DNA of 64,000 nt from the IMG/VR virus record IMGVR_UViG_3300020050_010858; one strand, 5' to 3'. Numbering within the stretch: the stretch's first letter is position 1; every line of letters begins with the position of its first letter. Under the pieces are notes generated by a model. The model worked only from the letters and a program-made list of their open reading frames with translations. It searched no databases and had not been told where the DNA came from. Of this stretch, positions 1-9,987 are shown piece by piece. Position numbers and translations under genes: made by a program. The stretch comes from an uncultured virus (IMG/VR IMGVR_UViG_3300020050_010858). Lineage: Duplodnaviria; Heunggongvirae; Uroviricota; Caudoviricetes.

Positions 1-1
1 A

Positions 2-802
2 CTTTCGACCGGCATCGACGCCATAGATTCGATCATGGGAGGCTTGGAGCCTGGATGCCTGACCGTTATCGCCGCAGAGTCTAGCGACGGCAAAAGCTCG
101 CTCTGTCGCCAGATGCTCGAATCTGTCGCAAGCGAGGGACATCAAGCCGTTGATTACACATACGAGATGATGCCGAAAACGGAAGCGAGGCGCGTGCTAT
201 GTTCGCAGGGCCGAATCGACGCCAAATCGCTCAAAATGGGCATGCTAACACGCGGGGAGCAAATGGCGCTTGCGTCTCATGCTGGTAAAGTCAGCCGATG
301 GGACATGCACATCGTTGACGTTGCAGGTAAAACGATCGAAGCCATCTGCCGTGATATTGCCCGCAGATGCCGCAAGCTCCCACAAGGCAAGCGCATCGTC
401 GCAATGATCGACTACATCCAACTCTGCAAAACAGCGGCAGCCAGCAAAAACCGCGAGCGCGAGGTTGCACACATTACCGCGACCGCTAAGCAGTGCGCGA
501 AAATGACCGGCGCTCACATCCTCATGCCGTCGCAGCAAAACAAAGAGGGCGAAGTGCGCGAAAGCATGGCGATTGAACAGGACTGCGACAACCTGATACA
601 AATTCAGAAGATCGAAGGCAAGAGCGGCGGCAAAAAACCAGCTTGGAAGCAGGACGATGAAAAGCAGGAGCCAAACAACAGACGGCGCATTTTCTTCAAG
701 AAATTGCGAGACGGCGAGCGATACGCCAGCGTGATGATGGAGCTTCGCGGGCAGTTTTACCGATTCGACCTGATACCGGGAGACGACCCGTTCCAAGAAT
801 AA
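2..802 (+). CDS. dnaB: Replicative DnaB-like helicase, C-terminal part (5' truncated by window)
   Basis: STGIDAID..GGL, Walker A-like AAESSDGKS, IDYIQL, SQQN, RESMAIEQDCD motifs. Confidence 0.85.
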   Translation, partial: LSTGIDAIDSIMGGLEPGCLTVIAAESSDGKSSLCRQMLESVASEGHQAVDYTYEMMPKTEARRVLCSQGRIDAKSLKMGMLTRGEQMALASHAGKVSRWDMHIVDVAGKTIEAICRDIARRCRKLPQGKRIVAMIDYIQLCKTAAASKNREREVAHITATAKQCAKMTGAHILMPSQQNKEGEVRESMAIEQDCDNLIQIQKIEGKSGGKKPAWKQDDEKQEPNNRRRIFFKKLRDGERYASVMMELRGQFYRFDLIPGDDPFQE

Positions 803-902
803 ATGCGGTTTTTTCATTTTTCCGTTTTACAAGCTCCGATCATGTGGCAATCTTCCGCATTGCCAAACGGCACAACAACAACAACACGAACCGCACACGA
901 AT

Positions 903-1115
903 ATGACACACGAAACCGAAAATCAAATCCGACTCCGCCGAGCAAAGGAAATACTGGCAACCAACCGCATGATGGAAAATCAAGCGCGAAAGGCGTTGGC
1001 TGAAGCGATCGAGGCGTCAAAGCTTGCCAAAGAGCGATATGAAGAATTATTTGTGGCTGAAGATAAAGCCGAGTTCGCTCGCCGCAAAGCAGCCTATTAT
1101 CACTGCACGATCTAA
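903..1115 (+). CDS. Small hypothetical protein
   Basis: ORF with ATG, helical charged sequence. Confidence 0.5.
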   Translation: MTHETENQIRLRRAKEILATNRMMENQARKALAEAIEASKLAKERYEELFVAEDKAEFARRKAAYYHCTI

Positions 1116-1504
1116 GTATAATCACAAACGGGGGCCGCGCATCCTACACGCGGGAAAACAACACGATGAAAACAAAAGCACGCTTTGCCATTCGATACCG
1201 CATCGCCGGCAGAATCTACCAAATCACAATGCCGGGCATTTCAGCCTGTCACGTTCGCCGCGACTGGAATCGACCAGGGGCGGAACTTTTGAGCGTGGAG
1301 GAATGCGAGGAATGAACGGCATTTGTTCCGATCTTGTGGAGGCCTTGCAATCTAGCGCCCAAAATGAAGGCGACAGCGAGCGCCTGCGAATTGCGCTGAA
1401 CGGCATGGACTTTCTGGCCGTTGATCCTGCGAGCGAAACGCTTATGGTGATGAGGGCCGCGTCCGTGCAGGTTAAAAACGGAAGGCCAACAATCACGATG
1501 ATTC

Positions 1505-1603
1505 GCCAACGTGGCGCAACCGGGAATGAATACCGGGACTGGCAACAGTCTGGAAGCGTCCCGCTTATTGCGGGGGATGCAGGTTCGAATCCTGCCGTTG
1601 GTG
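1505..1603 (+). ncRNA. tRNA-like element with inserted D-loop hairpins
   Basis: Acceptor GCCAACG/CGTTGGT, T-arm GCAGG-TTCGAAT-CCTGC, stem CCCGC-TTATT-GCGGG, D-stem GCGC/GCGT. Confidence 0.55.
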
Positions 1604-1882
1604 CGGTGGGCATGATGGCCGCGCTCATCGACATTCAAAAGGTGGCCACGACAGCCCGCTCGAAACATTCCGTGCAGGGCCATCAATGCGAGCTTCGTGC
1701 GGCACTGGATTCGATCTGTGACCGTGCCGCATCAGGTCTAAAGGCCGAGTTGGAGCACCGAAGAAATCAGAACAAAAAGCTCGGCAACTGAGCCAAAGCG
1801 AAGCTTGCCGCAGCGTGCGTTCTGCTCTTGTAAATTAACCCTTGCCATTTTTTGCACTTGACGCAATCTCGCCAGACACGAC

Positions 1883-2341
1883 ATGCTAGACGACGAGACA
1901 ACAGACTGGCGCACGCCGGATATTGAAGCTGGTAAAAAGATTGCCCGCGAAGATTTGGAGCGCATTGTAGCGAAGCTTGAGAAAGCTGAGCTTGCGCTGC
2001 TTATCCAAGGCATTCAGCAGCACTTGTCAGACAAGCTAAAGGGCAAATATGAAGCAATCGCCAGATTCATTTCCGAATCAATCGTGTTTTGCGTCTTCCC
2101 GTCGCCTTGCATGGTCAAGGTAATGGGAATGGCATATGCACTTGATCTTCCTTTCCACATGGGCCGGTCAATGGCGGCGCAAGCTCGCTCCATGGGCGTC
2201 ACACGCGCCGCAATCTCAAACGCAGCTTGGCAATTCACCCGCCGAATGAAAATCCCGCCTAGCCGCTGGCTACGCACCGAAGAGACGACAGAGAACAACC
2301 GAAAAGCACGATTGAAAGCGTGCAAACCTGAAACACGATGA
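1883..2341 (+). CDS. Hypothetical protein with C-terminal HTH-like motif
   Basis: SMAAQARSMGVTRAAIS HTH-like segment. Confidence 0.55.
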   Translation: MLDDETTDWRTPDIEAGKKIAREDLERIVAKLEKAELALLIQGIQQHLSDKLKGKYEAIARFISESIVFCVFPSPCMVKVMGMAYALDLPFHMGRSMAAQARSMGVTRAAISNAAWQFTRRMKIPPSRWLRTEETTENNRKARLKACKPETR

Positions 2342-2513
2342 AAGAACAACGTCCAGAATTTAAGGCGTGGTGCGATTTGCAGCGCCATCAAATCAAAGCG
2401 AATGAAAGCGCAATCGAGATGCTAAACGTGGAAATTGACGCCACAATCCGCCTCATAACGGCTCAAAAGAGGGCGCTGGCCCTGGCAATCAAAAACGAGG
2501 AAAAGAATACGCC

Positions 2514-2831
2514 ATGAACGCGCCATACCAAGGAAAAACCGTTTACATCGCCGGAGCTATTTCCGGCGATCCGGACTATAAGGCAAAGTTTGCAGCCGCT
2601 AAAGCGCACTTACTAGCCAATGGGGCCGCTCGCGTTTTGAATCCTGCGGAATTGCCGGACGGATGGACTTACCAGGAATACATGGCGCATTGCATGCTTA
2701 TGGTGCAACGGGCCGAGATGATTGTCCCGCTGTCTGACTGGGATAGAAGCCGCGGCGCAATCGCTGAAGTCGGCTATGCGCAAGCGTGCCGCATCCCTGT
2801 TGACTACTCCTACCCATACCAACTCCCATGA
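2514..2831 (+). CDS. DUF4406-family protein (nucleoside deoxyribosyltransferase-like)
   Basis: VYIAGAISG...LNPA...W..SRGA..E pattern. Confidence 0.8.
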   Translation: MNAPYQGKTVYIAGAISGDPDYKAKFAAAKAHLLANGAARVLNPAELPDGWTYQEYMAHCMLMVQRAEMIVPLSDWDRSRGAIAEVGYAQACRIPVDYSYPYQLP

Positions 2832-3979
2832 ACACAGACAACACCGAGCTACTCGCCAGCCTTGAGAGCGAGATTCTAACGTTGCACGAAACCGTAGCAG
2901 CGAAACTAGATGACCTGAAAGCCAACGTCATCGAAACGGCCACACTTGGCGCAAATTTGGGTGATTACGTTGAGCAATGGATTAAAGCCTACAAGCTCAA
3001 GACATCGGAAGAAGTGACTAATTGCCTCCGAGCATTTGGGCTTCGGGACGATGTGACGAGGTTTGCAAAACTATTCACTGGTCAGCTCGGATGGGGAAAG
3101 GCCCTGGACTCCGCCTATATTCAACGCCGGATGAAGGAAATGCCTCCGGTCGTTCAACAGGCCGTGCAGGGGTTGAGACAAACGAAGCCAAATCTGTTTC
3201 GGCACGCAGTTCAGAAACTTGGAAGCCTCATCAGTGGCGCGGATGCCCTTTTCACCGCCGGCACGTACGCGATGGTTTATGACTATCAGTTGTCGCAGGC
3301 AAAGGATTCTGGACTGATTGGACAGGAGGCGGAAGAATTCGCCCGGAATGAGGCAGAAAAGGTCACTGACCGTATCGCACAGCCAATCCGGCCAGGAGCT
3401 CGTTCACTGTTTGAAAACACATCCACACAGCCACTAGCGCGCGCCGCGTGGGCATTTGCATCTGAAGCGCGCAAGAACCTAGCCCTTTCCGCGTTCGCGA
3501 TGGCGCAAAGACCAATGGAAGAGAAGCTCCGGACGCTGGCCTATGTTGTTATATTTAACTCGGCGCTGGCCGCAATCATCCGTAACGCATGGCGGGATGC
3601 AAAGGACAATGACGATGACGAGGCATTTGATGAGAAGAACTGGAATCTAAAGAAATTCGCAGTCTCAACACTGACTGAGCCGTTTTATGGAATACCCGTG
3701 ATCGGAAATGTGATCCAGTCTACCGCATACAACGCAGCGGGAGTGTATCAGCAAAACGGAGATTTGTTCTCGTCGTTCTCGAATGTCGTAGGGCCAGCAA
3801 CTCGGCTTCCTGATCTTGTAACCAGCAACCAATCGGCAGAACAATCATTCAAGGATGTAGACGCTATCTTGAGTGCTGCAGGCTTGTTCAATCCAGACAT
3901 GGCCGCCGCGGCATCACTGTCACATCTGGCAAATGACCTTTTCCGTGTAGGGAAAAACGCAACTCATCCTGATGAATAG
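2828..3979 (+). CDS. Possibly chimeric ORF; C-terminal part resembles the end of a large internal virion protein
   Basis: Composition changes after ~aa 80; sits directly upstream of a T7-like tail fibre. Confidence 0.4.
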   Translation: MNTDNTELLASLESEILTLHETVAAKLDDLKANVIETATLGANLGDYVEQWIKAYKLKTSEEVTNCLRAFGLRDDVTRFAKLFTGQLGWGKALDSAYIQRRMKEMPPVVQQAVQGLRQTKPNLFRHAVQKLGSLISGADALFTAGTYAMVYDYQLSQAKDSGLIGQEAEEFARNEAEKVTDRIAQPIRPGARSLFENTSTQPLARAAWAFASEARKNLALSAFAMAQRPMEEKLRTLAYVVIFNSALAAIIRNAWRDAKDNDDDEAFDEKNWNLKKFAVSTLTEPFYGIPVIGNVIQSTAYNAAGVYQQNGDLFSSFSNVVGPATRLPDLVTSNQSAEQSFKDVDAILSAAGLFNPDMAAAASLSHLANDLFRVGKNATHPDE

Positions 3980-4061
3980 GCATTCGATAATTTTTGCCCA
4001 TTTAACGCAAGTGAATCCTATAAGATATTTACTTTCACATAATTTAATCTAGAACAAAATC

Positions 4062-7016
4062 ATGTCCCTGCCATCTGAACAATCTGAAGTTTCCTATGTG
4101 GGTAACAGCTCAAGCGCCGTACCGTATCCGATTCCATTTAAATTTTTCTCGTCAACCGATATCGTTGTTATTGTTACGGATTTGATGGGGGTGGAAACAA
4201 CCCTCGCCTTAACCACGGATTACACTGTTAGCGGTGGTGATGAAGAAGCCGGGGCGACTGGCGGAATGACTACGGCAGTTGCGGTTCCTGCGACAAGCAC
4301 AGTTAGGATTCTGCGCACGGTTCCTCTCACGCAAGATACCGTATTTACAGATATTGGGAAATTTCCATCGGCTTCGGTGGATCGTTCTTTTGACAAACTG
4401 ACAATGGCTTTACAGCAGGTTCAAAGAGATTCTGATGCAAACTTTGAACGTGTTCAGCCATTTGCACTTGTGCCGCTTGCAACCGATTCGGAAACCATCG
4501 CCGGCGCCAGTGATGAGATTGCAACCTCTCCCGCCGGCGTAAGAGCCGCTGTGGATCAAGCTGCGTTTGAGGCTGGCAGCTATTTACTATCAACTCAAGC
4601 CCAGGCGCAAGGCGGTACGAATAATACGACCGTTATGAGCCCGTTGCGTGTGGCTCAAGCGATGCTCCCCGAATTCCGTTGCGCATCTTCTGAGGCTGGT
4701 ATCTTGGCGGCGGTTTCCGCTGCTACAGCGGCTGGGGGCGGAATAATTCTTCTTCCCAATGCAGACATTACCCTTACTGCTCCACTGCCGGTGAGAAGCT
4801 CACTGATCTACAAGGGCGTTCCAATGAAGATCACATATACCAATGGGTATGACGGTCAGAACAATCTTCCGCCTTCGGGCGATGGGAATGGCACAATTCT
4901 CCGTGGCGATGGAACTTTCAATGGATTTGAGGCAAACGCGGTTGATGCAACCGTAGGATTCAACGGAACCGGAAACGATACCGCGAACGCTGCGCTCACT
5001 AACTGCGGAATCGAAGATGTCGCTTTGGTCAACTTCTTGAACGGAGTGAAGATTGGCGCTCGCTGCCAAGCCGGGCCTTTTTACTCCACATTCCGAAACA
5101 TCTATGCTTTTGGGTGCGTCAATTGGGGCCTCTATTTCGAGAACGGCATTCACAATTCTTATCACCGAATTTATAGCTTCGGATGTGGGAACGGGTTTGC
5201 AATCTGGCAATCGAATGCGCAGACCGGAAACTCCTATTTGGAGGATATTTTTGTTCAGCCGACGACGGCCACGGCCAATGCTGGGAGGCAGGCGCGCGGA
5301 ATTTCGTTTCGAGCCAGAAATTCTGCTATTTTTGGGGGATTGGATGGAACCAGGATACAATGCAATCGGTTCCAAGCAACTCCGTTAGGTGGTGGATCCT
5401 TTCCCTTCGGCACCGGAATCACATCGAGCGCTCTCACAATCGGCTCTGCAGAGATACCGGTTGCCGATGTCACTCAGTTTATTCTTGACTTGCCAGTCTC
5501 AGTCTCAGCGACCACAAGCGGATTCACGACCCGCAAAATTTATTTTGTTCGAAAGATTACAGGCACAACAAGCGGCACCATCCAACTTAGCCTGACGGTG
5601 ATGGGCGCACCTGTTTTGGCGTCCGGAACAACCGCCATAAATATTGTGTCGCAGGGATTTTCTCCCCTGGAAGTTGTTGGAATCGCTTCGCACGACACTA
5701 TCGGAGCGCAAACGCCGTCAAGCAATAGCGTGGTTTCCGACGGTAATGGCTACAATCCAGATTTTGTAACAGGGCAACCGGTGGTGGTGTCGACTACCGG
5801 CACTTGCCCTGGCCTTACCAGCGGAGGCACATATGCTATCATTGTTGTTTCTCCTGGAGTTTACAAGTTTGCGACTACCGCAGCGAACGCCTTGGCCGGA
5901 ACCGCAATTACCCTCTCGACTGCATGGACTGGCACATTGACAGTTGGCTTAACTTGTTCAATGCCAACCAACCATTTTACCGGACTAGACCTCGAGGCAA
6001 ATGGAACGGCGGCAATCATCGCACAAAACGCCACAGACAATACTTACGTCTGCGGGGGGGTCCTGCGCGGCGGCTCGAATTCTGATGGTATCCAAACGCT
6101 CGTCGGCCGGAACTTCACCGGCTCGTTTTACGCCAGGGGAAATTACACGACGGACGTGGATTCAGGAGATATTTTATTTACGGGTGTCCGTGATTTATCA
6201 AAGTCGCTCGGAGCGGTGGGAATCGGCACATGGCGCGATGGCGTGAGCCAGATTGTATCTAATCTCAACTCGGGATTATTGACGACCAACTATACTGCGG
6301 CCTCTTTCAAAACTCGCTACAATACCGGAAGCCAATTTATCGCAAAGGGGGGTTCTGAAGCAGAGTTTGTTTATGCGACAAATTCTACTTCCCTAACCTT
6401 TGTAGGAATATCTGCCGGAACCATTGTTTACAATGGGAGCGCAGCTTTTTCTTGGACGCTCCCAACGGTTACTGACGCCAATGATTACGAATCATTGGTG
6501 GGCATTAAATTCAAAATCATGAATGCCACCGGTTTTTATGGCACGTTGAACACTGACGGGACGCAACAGTTCAATCGTGAGAGCAGCCACTCGGCAGAAA
6601 ATATCCCGGCATTTACGACAATTGTAGTGGTTGCGGTTAAGGCGGCAGACGGCACCTTGTTCTGGCAGATTGAAAGCAAATCGCCGGATAAGTATTTGCA
6701 ACAACTCGCATACTCCGCGACACGGTCGGTCGATTTCCGTGTGTCGAAAAATGTGCTCATCGGAGCGGTTACAGCTGACATGACGATCAGCAACCCGCCC
6801 GTGACGGTTGCAAATTTCTCGGACGTGACCGTCGAGATCATCCTAGACTCTTTCGCTTCTGGAACTCGCAATATTACGTGGGGTTCTGCCTACAAATTCC
6901 CGGTTGCTTTCGTGCAGCCCACTGTCATCACGGATGGAACGCGACGCACGGTCGTTCACTTTCAAGCAGGGTCAAACGGCGCCTTCTTTGCCCTTGGCAC
7001 GAACGTCTGGTATTAA
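4062..7016 (+). CDS. Tail fibre/tailspike with T7 gp17-like N-terminal adaptor
   Basis: Y.GN....YPIPFKFF...DYTV...DRSFDKLTM N-terminus; Gly/Thr/Asn-rich beta-helix-like body. Confidence 0.8.
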   Translation: MSLPSEQSEVSYVGNSSSAVPYPIPFKFFSSTDIVVIVTDLMGVETTLALTTDYTVSGGDEEAGATGGMTTAVAVPATSTVRILRTVPLTQDTVFTDIGKFPSASVDRSFDKLTMALQQVQRDSDANFERVQPFALVPLATDSETIAGASDEIATSPAGVRAAVDQAAFEAGSYLLSTQAQAQGGTNNTTVMSPLRVAQAMLPEFRCASSEAGILAAVSAATAAGGGIILLPNADITLTAPLPVRSSLIYKGVPMKITYTNGYDGQNNLPPSGDGNGTILRGDGTFNGFEANAVDATVGFNGTGNDTANAALTNCGIEDVALVNFLNGVKIGARCQAGPFYSTFRNIYAFGCVNWGLYFENGIHNSYHRIYSFGCGNGFAIWQSNAQTGNSYLEDIFVQPTTATANAGRQARGISFRARNSAIFGGLDGTRIQCNRFQATPLGGGSFPFGTGITSSALTIGSAEIPVADVTQFILDLPVSVSATTSGFTTRKIYFVRKITGTTSGTIQLSLTVMGAPVLASGTTAINIVSQGFSPLEVVGIASHDTIGAQTPSSNSVVSDGNGYNPDFVTGQPVVVSTTGTCPGLTSGGTYAIIVVSPGVYKFATTAANALAGTAITLSTAWTGTLTVGLTCSMPTNHFTGLDLEANGTAAIIAQNATDNTYVCGGVLRGGSNSDGIQTLVGRNFTGSFYARGNYTTDVDSGDILFTGVRDLSKSLGAVGIGTWRDGVSQIVSNLNSGLLTTNYTAASFKTRYNTGSQFIAKGGSEAEFVYATNSTSLTFVGISAGTIVYNGSAAFSWTLPTVTDANDYESLVGIKFKIMNATGFYGTLNTDGTQQFNRESSHSAENIPAFTTIVVVAVKAADGTLFWQIESKSPDKYLQQLAYSATRSVDFRVSKNVLIGAVTADMTISNPPVTVANFSDVTVEIILDSFASGTRNITWGSAYKFPVAFVQPTVITDGTRRTVVHFQAGSNGAFFALGTNVWY

Positions 7017-7181
7017 TGAAGTAAGCTACTGCCGTCTAAATTTGGCCGTCATAGAGGCAATGCCACCGTAATTTGCCCGCGCTCTCCGCTTCACTCAATC
7101 TTGATCAACAAAAGCTCGCCAAGTCCGTATTGCGCTGGTTTAGCGAGCCACACGCGAAAAAAAATTTGCGTGGTGTGGGGC

Positions 7182-7673
7182 GGTGTGTTACACCTTTGAA
7201 ACATACGCACACCCATGCCAAACCAGCGCTCAAAAAAGAAAAAGCATTTCACCGCAGCAGCGGAAATTAAGCTGTTAAATGCGATCGAGAAATACGCAAA
7301 GATCAACAATCTTGATCGCAACACCGCCTTGAGAAAGATCAGTTGGGAATCCTCGGTGCGCGAGGGTGTAATTTCCGAAATTCCTGAAGATTTTCTCGAA
7401 GAAGTGAAACTGACTCAGAAAAAAATCTTAGAGAAAAAGAAGTTATCTCGCGCAAAGAAAAAATAAATCTTGACGGTGTGACACGCCTGATGCAAGTTAA
7501 CACCAAGATGTCGAAGAAAAGATTCTCGGTAACAATGGAACTCACCCTCTTAAATGCTGTTGAAATATTTAAATCGCGCAACCGACTTATCAAATCGCGT
7601 TGCGTCGCTCTTAGTGAGCTTTCATACACGCACCCAGCCATTAAAAAAATTTTAGCCGAAGGTGTGACACGCC
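7182..7673. promoter_or_regulatory. Three putative operators GGTGTG(A/T)(C/T)AC(G/A)CC at 7182-7194, 7475-7487, 7661-7673
   Basis: Imperfect palindromes upstream of starts 7215, 7508, 7711; the second overlaps TTGACG. Confidence 0.5.
7215..7466 (+). CDS. Ribbon-helix-helix-like regulator
   Basis: KHFTAAAEIKLLNAIEKYAKINNLDRNTALR pattern. Confidence 0.5.
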   Translation: MPNQRSKKKKHFTAAAEIKLLNAIEKYAKINNLDRNTALRKISWESSVREGVISEIPEDFLEEVKLTQKKILEKKKLSRAKKK

Positions 7674-7714
7674 CAAAGTACTCCGCTCGTGTCAATCGCC
7701 GCAAGAAACCATGA
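7508..7714 (+). CDS. Ribbon-helix-helix-like (CopG-type) regulator
   Basis: MSKKRFSVTMELTLLNAVE...SR pattern. Confidence 0.5.
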   Translation: MSKKRFSVTMELTLLNAVEIFKSRNRLIKSRCVALSELSYTHPAIKKILAEGVTRPKYSARVNRRKKP

Positions 7715-8046
7715 AATCTCGCGCTGAAGAATTGGACGCTCTGGCCGCAAGCGCAAAGCCAGGGGACCGCATTTCCTACGAAGCATGGCTTCCCGAGCCG
7801 ACGGCTAAAGGGACTCACAGTCAAGCTCACAGAAAGGCAGATACAGCCATGACCGGAGCCGGATTAGAAATCTTAGACAGGGCCTTGCTGAACCTGGATG
7901 CGGCCATCAAGGTTGTGGCCTTTGTGCGTGCTGAAAATTTCTCTGACGCCGCAAAATACGCGGAAGCTCAAGGGTCTTTGGCTGCTCATATCGAGCGCGA
8001 TTCGATGGCCTTACAAAATTCAATCAAGGGGGATGAGCGGTTATGA
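7711..8046 (+). CDS. Hypothetical protein
   Basis: ATGA-coupled ORF. Confidence 0.45.
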   Translation: MKSRAEELDALAASAKPGDRISYEAWLPEPTAKGTHSQAHRKADTAMTGAGLEILDRALLNLDAAIKVVAFVRAENFSDAAKYAEAQGSLAAHIERDSMALQNSIKGDERL

Positions 8047-8363
8047 ACAAAGATCGCCGACTTTGCCGAGTCTCTGACCTGAGCGGAGAGATACTGAGAT
8101 GCGAGTTTTCGTTGTGGATTGTGGCTCCCTATCTACAGGTGCAGCGAGATCCAGAAATCACGTTATGCACTGTCCTATTTGAGGATTTAGGTACGCTGGT
8201 CTACGGCGGCACAGATCACGCCCGCTTTCTATCAATCGTGCGAGAGGATCGGGATTTTTCGCACCATCTCAACTGGTCCCAAATCCAATCCAAATGCCGC
8301 GACGCCTACCTCCACGGGCAGTCTGAATCCCTACCAAAAACCATGACCGAAGCATTAGTATAA
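8043..8363 (+). CDS. Hypothetical protein
   Basis: ATGA-coupled ORF. Confidence 0.45.
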   Translation: MNKDRRLCRVSDLSGEILRCEFSLWIVAPYLQVQRDPEITLCTVLFEDLGTLVYGGTDHARFLSIVREDRDFSHHLNWSQIQSKCRDAYLHGQSESLPKTMTEALV

Positions 8364-8999
8364 TGAACACATCTATCTACCAAACCTACGACGACTTTTT
8401 AAATCGGACCGATAAAGAATCCAACGGAGTATCTACCTCGTTCGCTGAGACTAATCCTAATTGGGAGGCGAACAACGAAACTAATAAAGGGTGTTGGAAC
8501 TGCTCCGACTGCTCCGACTGCTCCCGCTGCTCCGGCTGCTCCGCCTGCTCCCGCTGCTCCCGCTGCTCCGACTGCTCCGGCTGCTCCCGCTGCTCCCGCT
8601 GCTCCGACTGCTCCGCTGCTCGGCTGCTCCCGCTGCTCCGACTGCTCCCGCTTGAAAGACGCAAGACCCGTAGAGGGCTCAAACGCGAACACTGTCCCAG
8701 AAATTCCAGTCATAGAGAATATTCACACGAAAGTTTTTGAAGCGTGTAGCAATCCGAACGCACTTGACATGGGAAACTGGCACACATGCGAAACGACCCA
8801 TTGTCGCGCAGGTTGGGTTGTTACGCTCGCCGGCGAAGCAGGGAAGAAACTTGAAGCGTTTCACAACACCGCCCTGGCTGCATCTTTGATTTACAAAGCC
8901 AGCTCACCGTTGCCAGTTACGATGCCTCGGTTCTATGAGACTGTACCGCAAGCAATGGCAGACATGAAACGCCTGGCAGATTTGGAAAATCTTACATAA
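8363..8999 (+). pseudogene. Cys-Ser-X repeat protein with TTHCRAGW domain, frameshifted within the repeat
   Basis: 17 TGCTCCnnC units at 8501-8651; two units are 8 bp (8609-8624). Confidence 0.7.
8501..8651 (+). repeat. 9-bp tandem repeat TGCTCC(GAC/GGC/CGC)
   Basis: Read directly. Confidence 0.95.
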
Positions 9000-9295
9000 G
9001 AGGTTGTTATGACAGGCAAATTGAACTTGCGTAAAGGTGGGGAGGTTAATGCGTGAAAAAATCAATTCAGCTTTGTCTTGGTGTGTTGTGTGACCCTCTT
9101 TCAAAACAATTGCGCGGTTCAGGGTGTTCTAAACATCGGATAGCGATCTGGCAACAAGTGAGCGATTCGATAAGTCTGCTGTCAATCAAAGGCTATATCA
9201 CGCCTTCGCAGGCAATGAAGGCAAAAAATAGACTCCACAAACAAATTGCTAAAACGGTTCTAGAGAAAAATCTTACATAAGAGGTTGTTATGACA
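8986..9295 (+). repeat. 29-bp direct repeat (8986-9014, 9267-9295) containing dif-like sites
   Basis: AAAATCTTACATAAGAGGTTGTTATGACA occurs twice. Confidence 0.9.
9053..9280 (+). CDS. Small basic hypothetical protein between the direct repeats
   Basis: GGAGG RBS and GTG start. Confidence 0.55.
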   Translation: MKKSIQLCLGVLCDPLSKQLRGSGCSKHRIAIWQQVSDSISLLSIKGYITPSQAMKAKNRLHKQIAKTVLEKNLT

Positions 9296-9499
9296 AGTAG
9301 AGAAATGAAGCCGGCGAGCAAAAAGGCTCAAATGCTAATAGATCGCCTAACGTTAACCACCGCTTTACGATTTCCTGAAAAAGAATTAGAAGCTGAAGAG
9401 AAAGCAAAAGCCGATTTTCGCTGTCATGAAGCAGAACATGCGCTTTTACAGTACATCGCAAAGCTGGAAAATAAACTGACGCAAGCCGATGGAGGATGA
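9290..9499 (+). CDS. Hypothetical protein
   Basis: GAGG RBS and ATG. Confidence 0.5.
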   Translation: MTSREMKPASKKAQMLIDRLTLTTALRFPEKELEAEEKAKADFRCHEAEHALLQYIAKLENKLTQADGG

Positions 9500-9663
9500 G
9501 AGATGAGTAAGAAGAGACTGAGGGCGGCATTGCAGTCGCAGGGATTCACAGAGAAGGAAGCCGCGCACATGACGCGCTTTTCAATCATGGACCACTTCCC
9601 GACGATCATGGGCATTGGTGGTTTTGCTGTCGGTGTTACGGTTGGCCGGTTGTGGGGTCTGTT

Positions 9664-9984
9664 ATGAGTGAACCTCTCACGCCCGATCAGGAGGCGATCG
9701 GATTAGTTGAGCACGCCAGGTATATTGCGGAGTGCCTTTACCTGGAAGAAATTCCCGACGATGCGGATTTTAATTGCAGGGATATTTATGATAGACTAGC
9801 TCCCGTAGCCGACCTGATCCGCACGCTTGCAGCCAGGAACGCGGAGTTGGAGACGGAGCGCGAAGAGTATATGTTTGATAACGGTGTATATCAGGCGGGG
9901 CTTGTAGCTCGCATCCGTGAACTACAAAAGGACCTGGATCGGGATCGGGAGGAGCGGCGTGGAAATGAAAGCGAGGAAGGGTGA
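9664..9984 (+). CDS. Hypothetical coiled-coil protein
   Basis: ORF in a chain of coupled small genes. Confidence 0.45.
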   Translation: MSEPLTPDQEAIGLVEHARYIAECLYLEEIPDDADFNCRDIYDRLAPVADLIRTLAARNAELETEREEYMFDNGVYQAGLVARIRELQKDLDRDREERRGNESEEG

Positions 9985-9987
9985 GGT

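Noticed and set aside
1024..1791. 255-aa ORF as one real gene
   Set aside because: Overlaps other small ORFs and the tRNA-like element; no recognisable motif
8501..8651. CRISPR array or DGR repeat pair with 51952-52139
   Set aside because: Contiguous 9-bp coding repeats without spacers; no cas or reverse transcriptase gene
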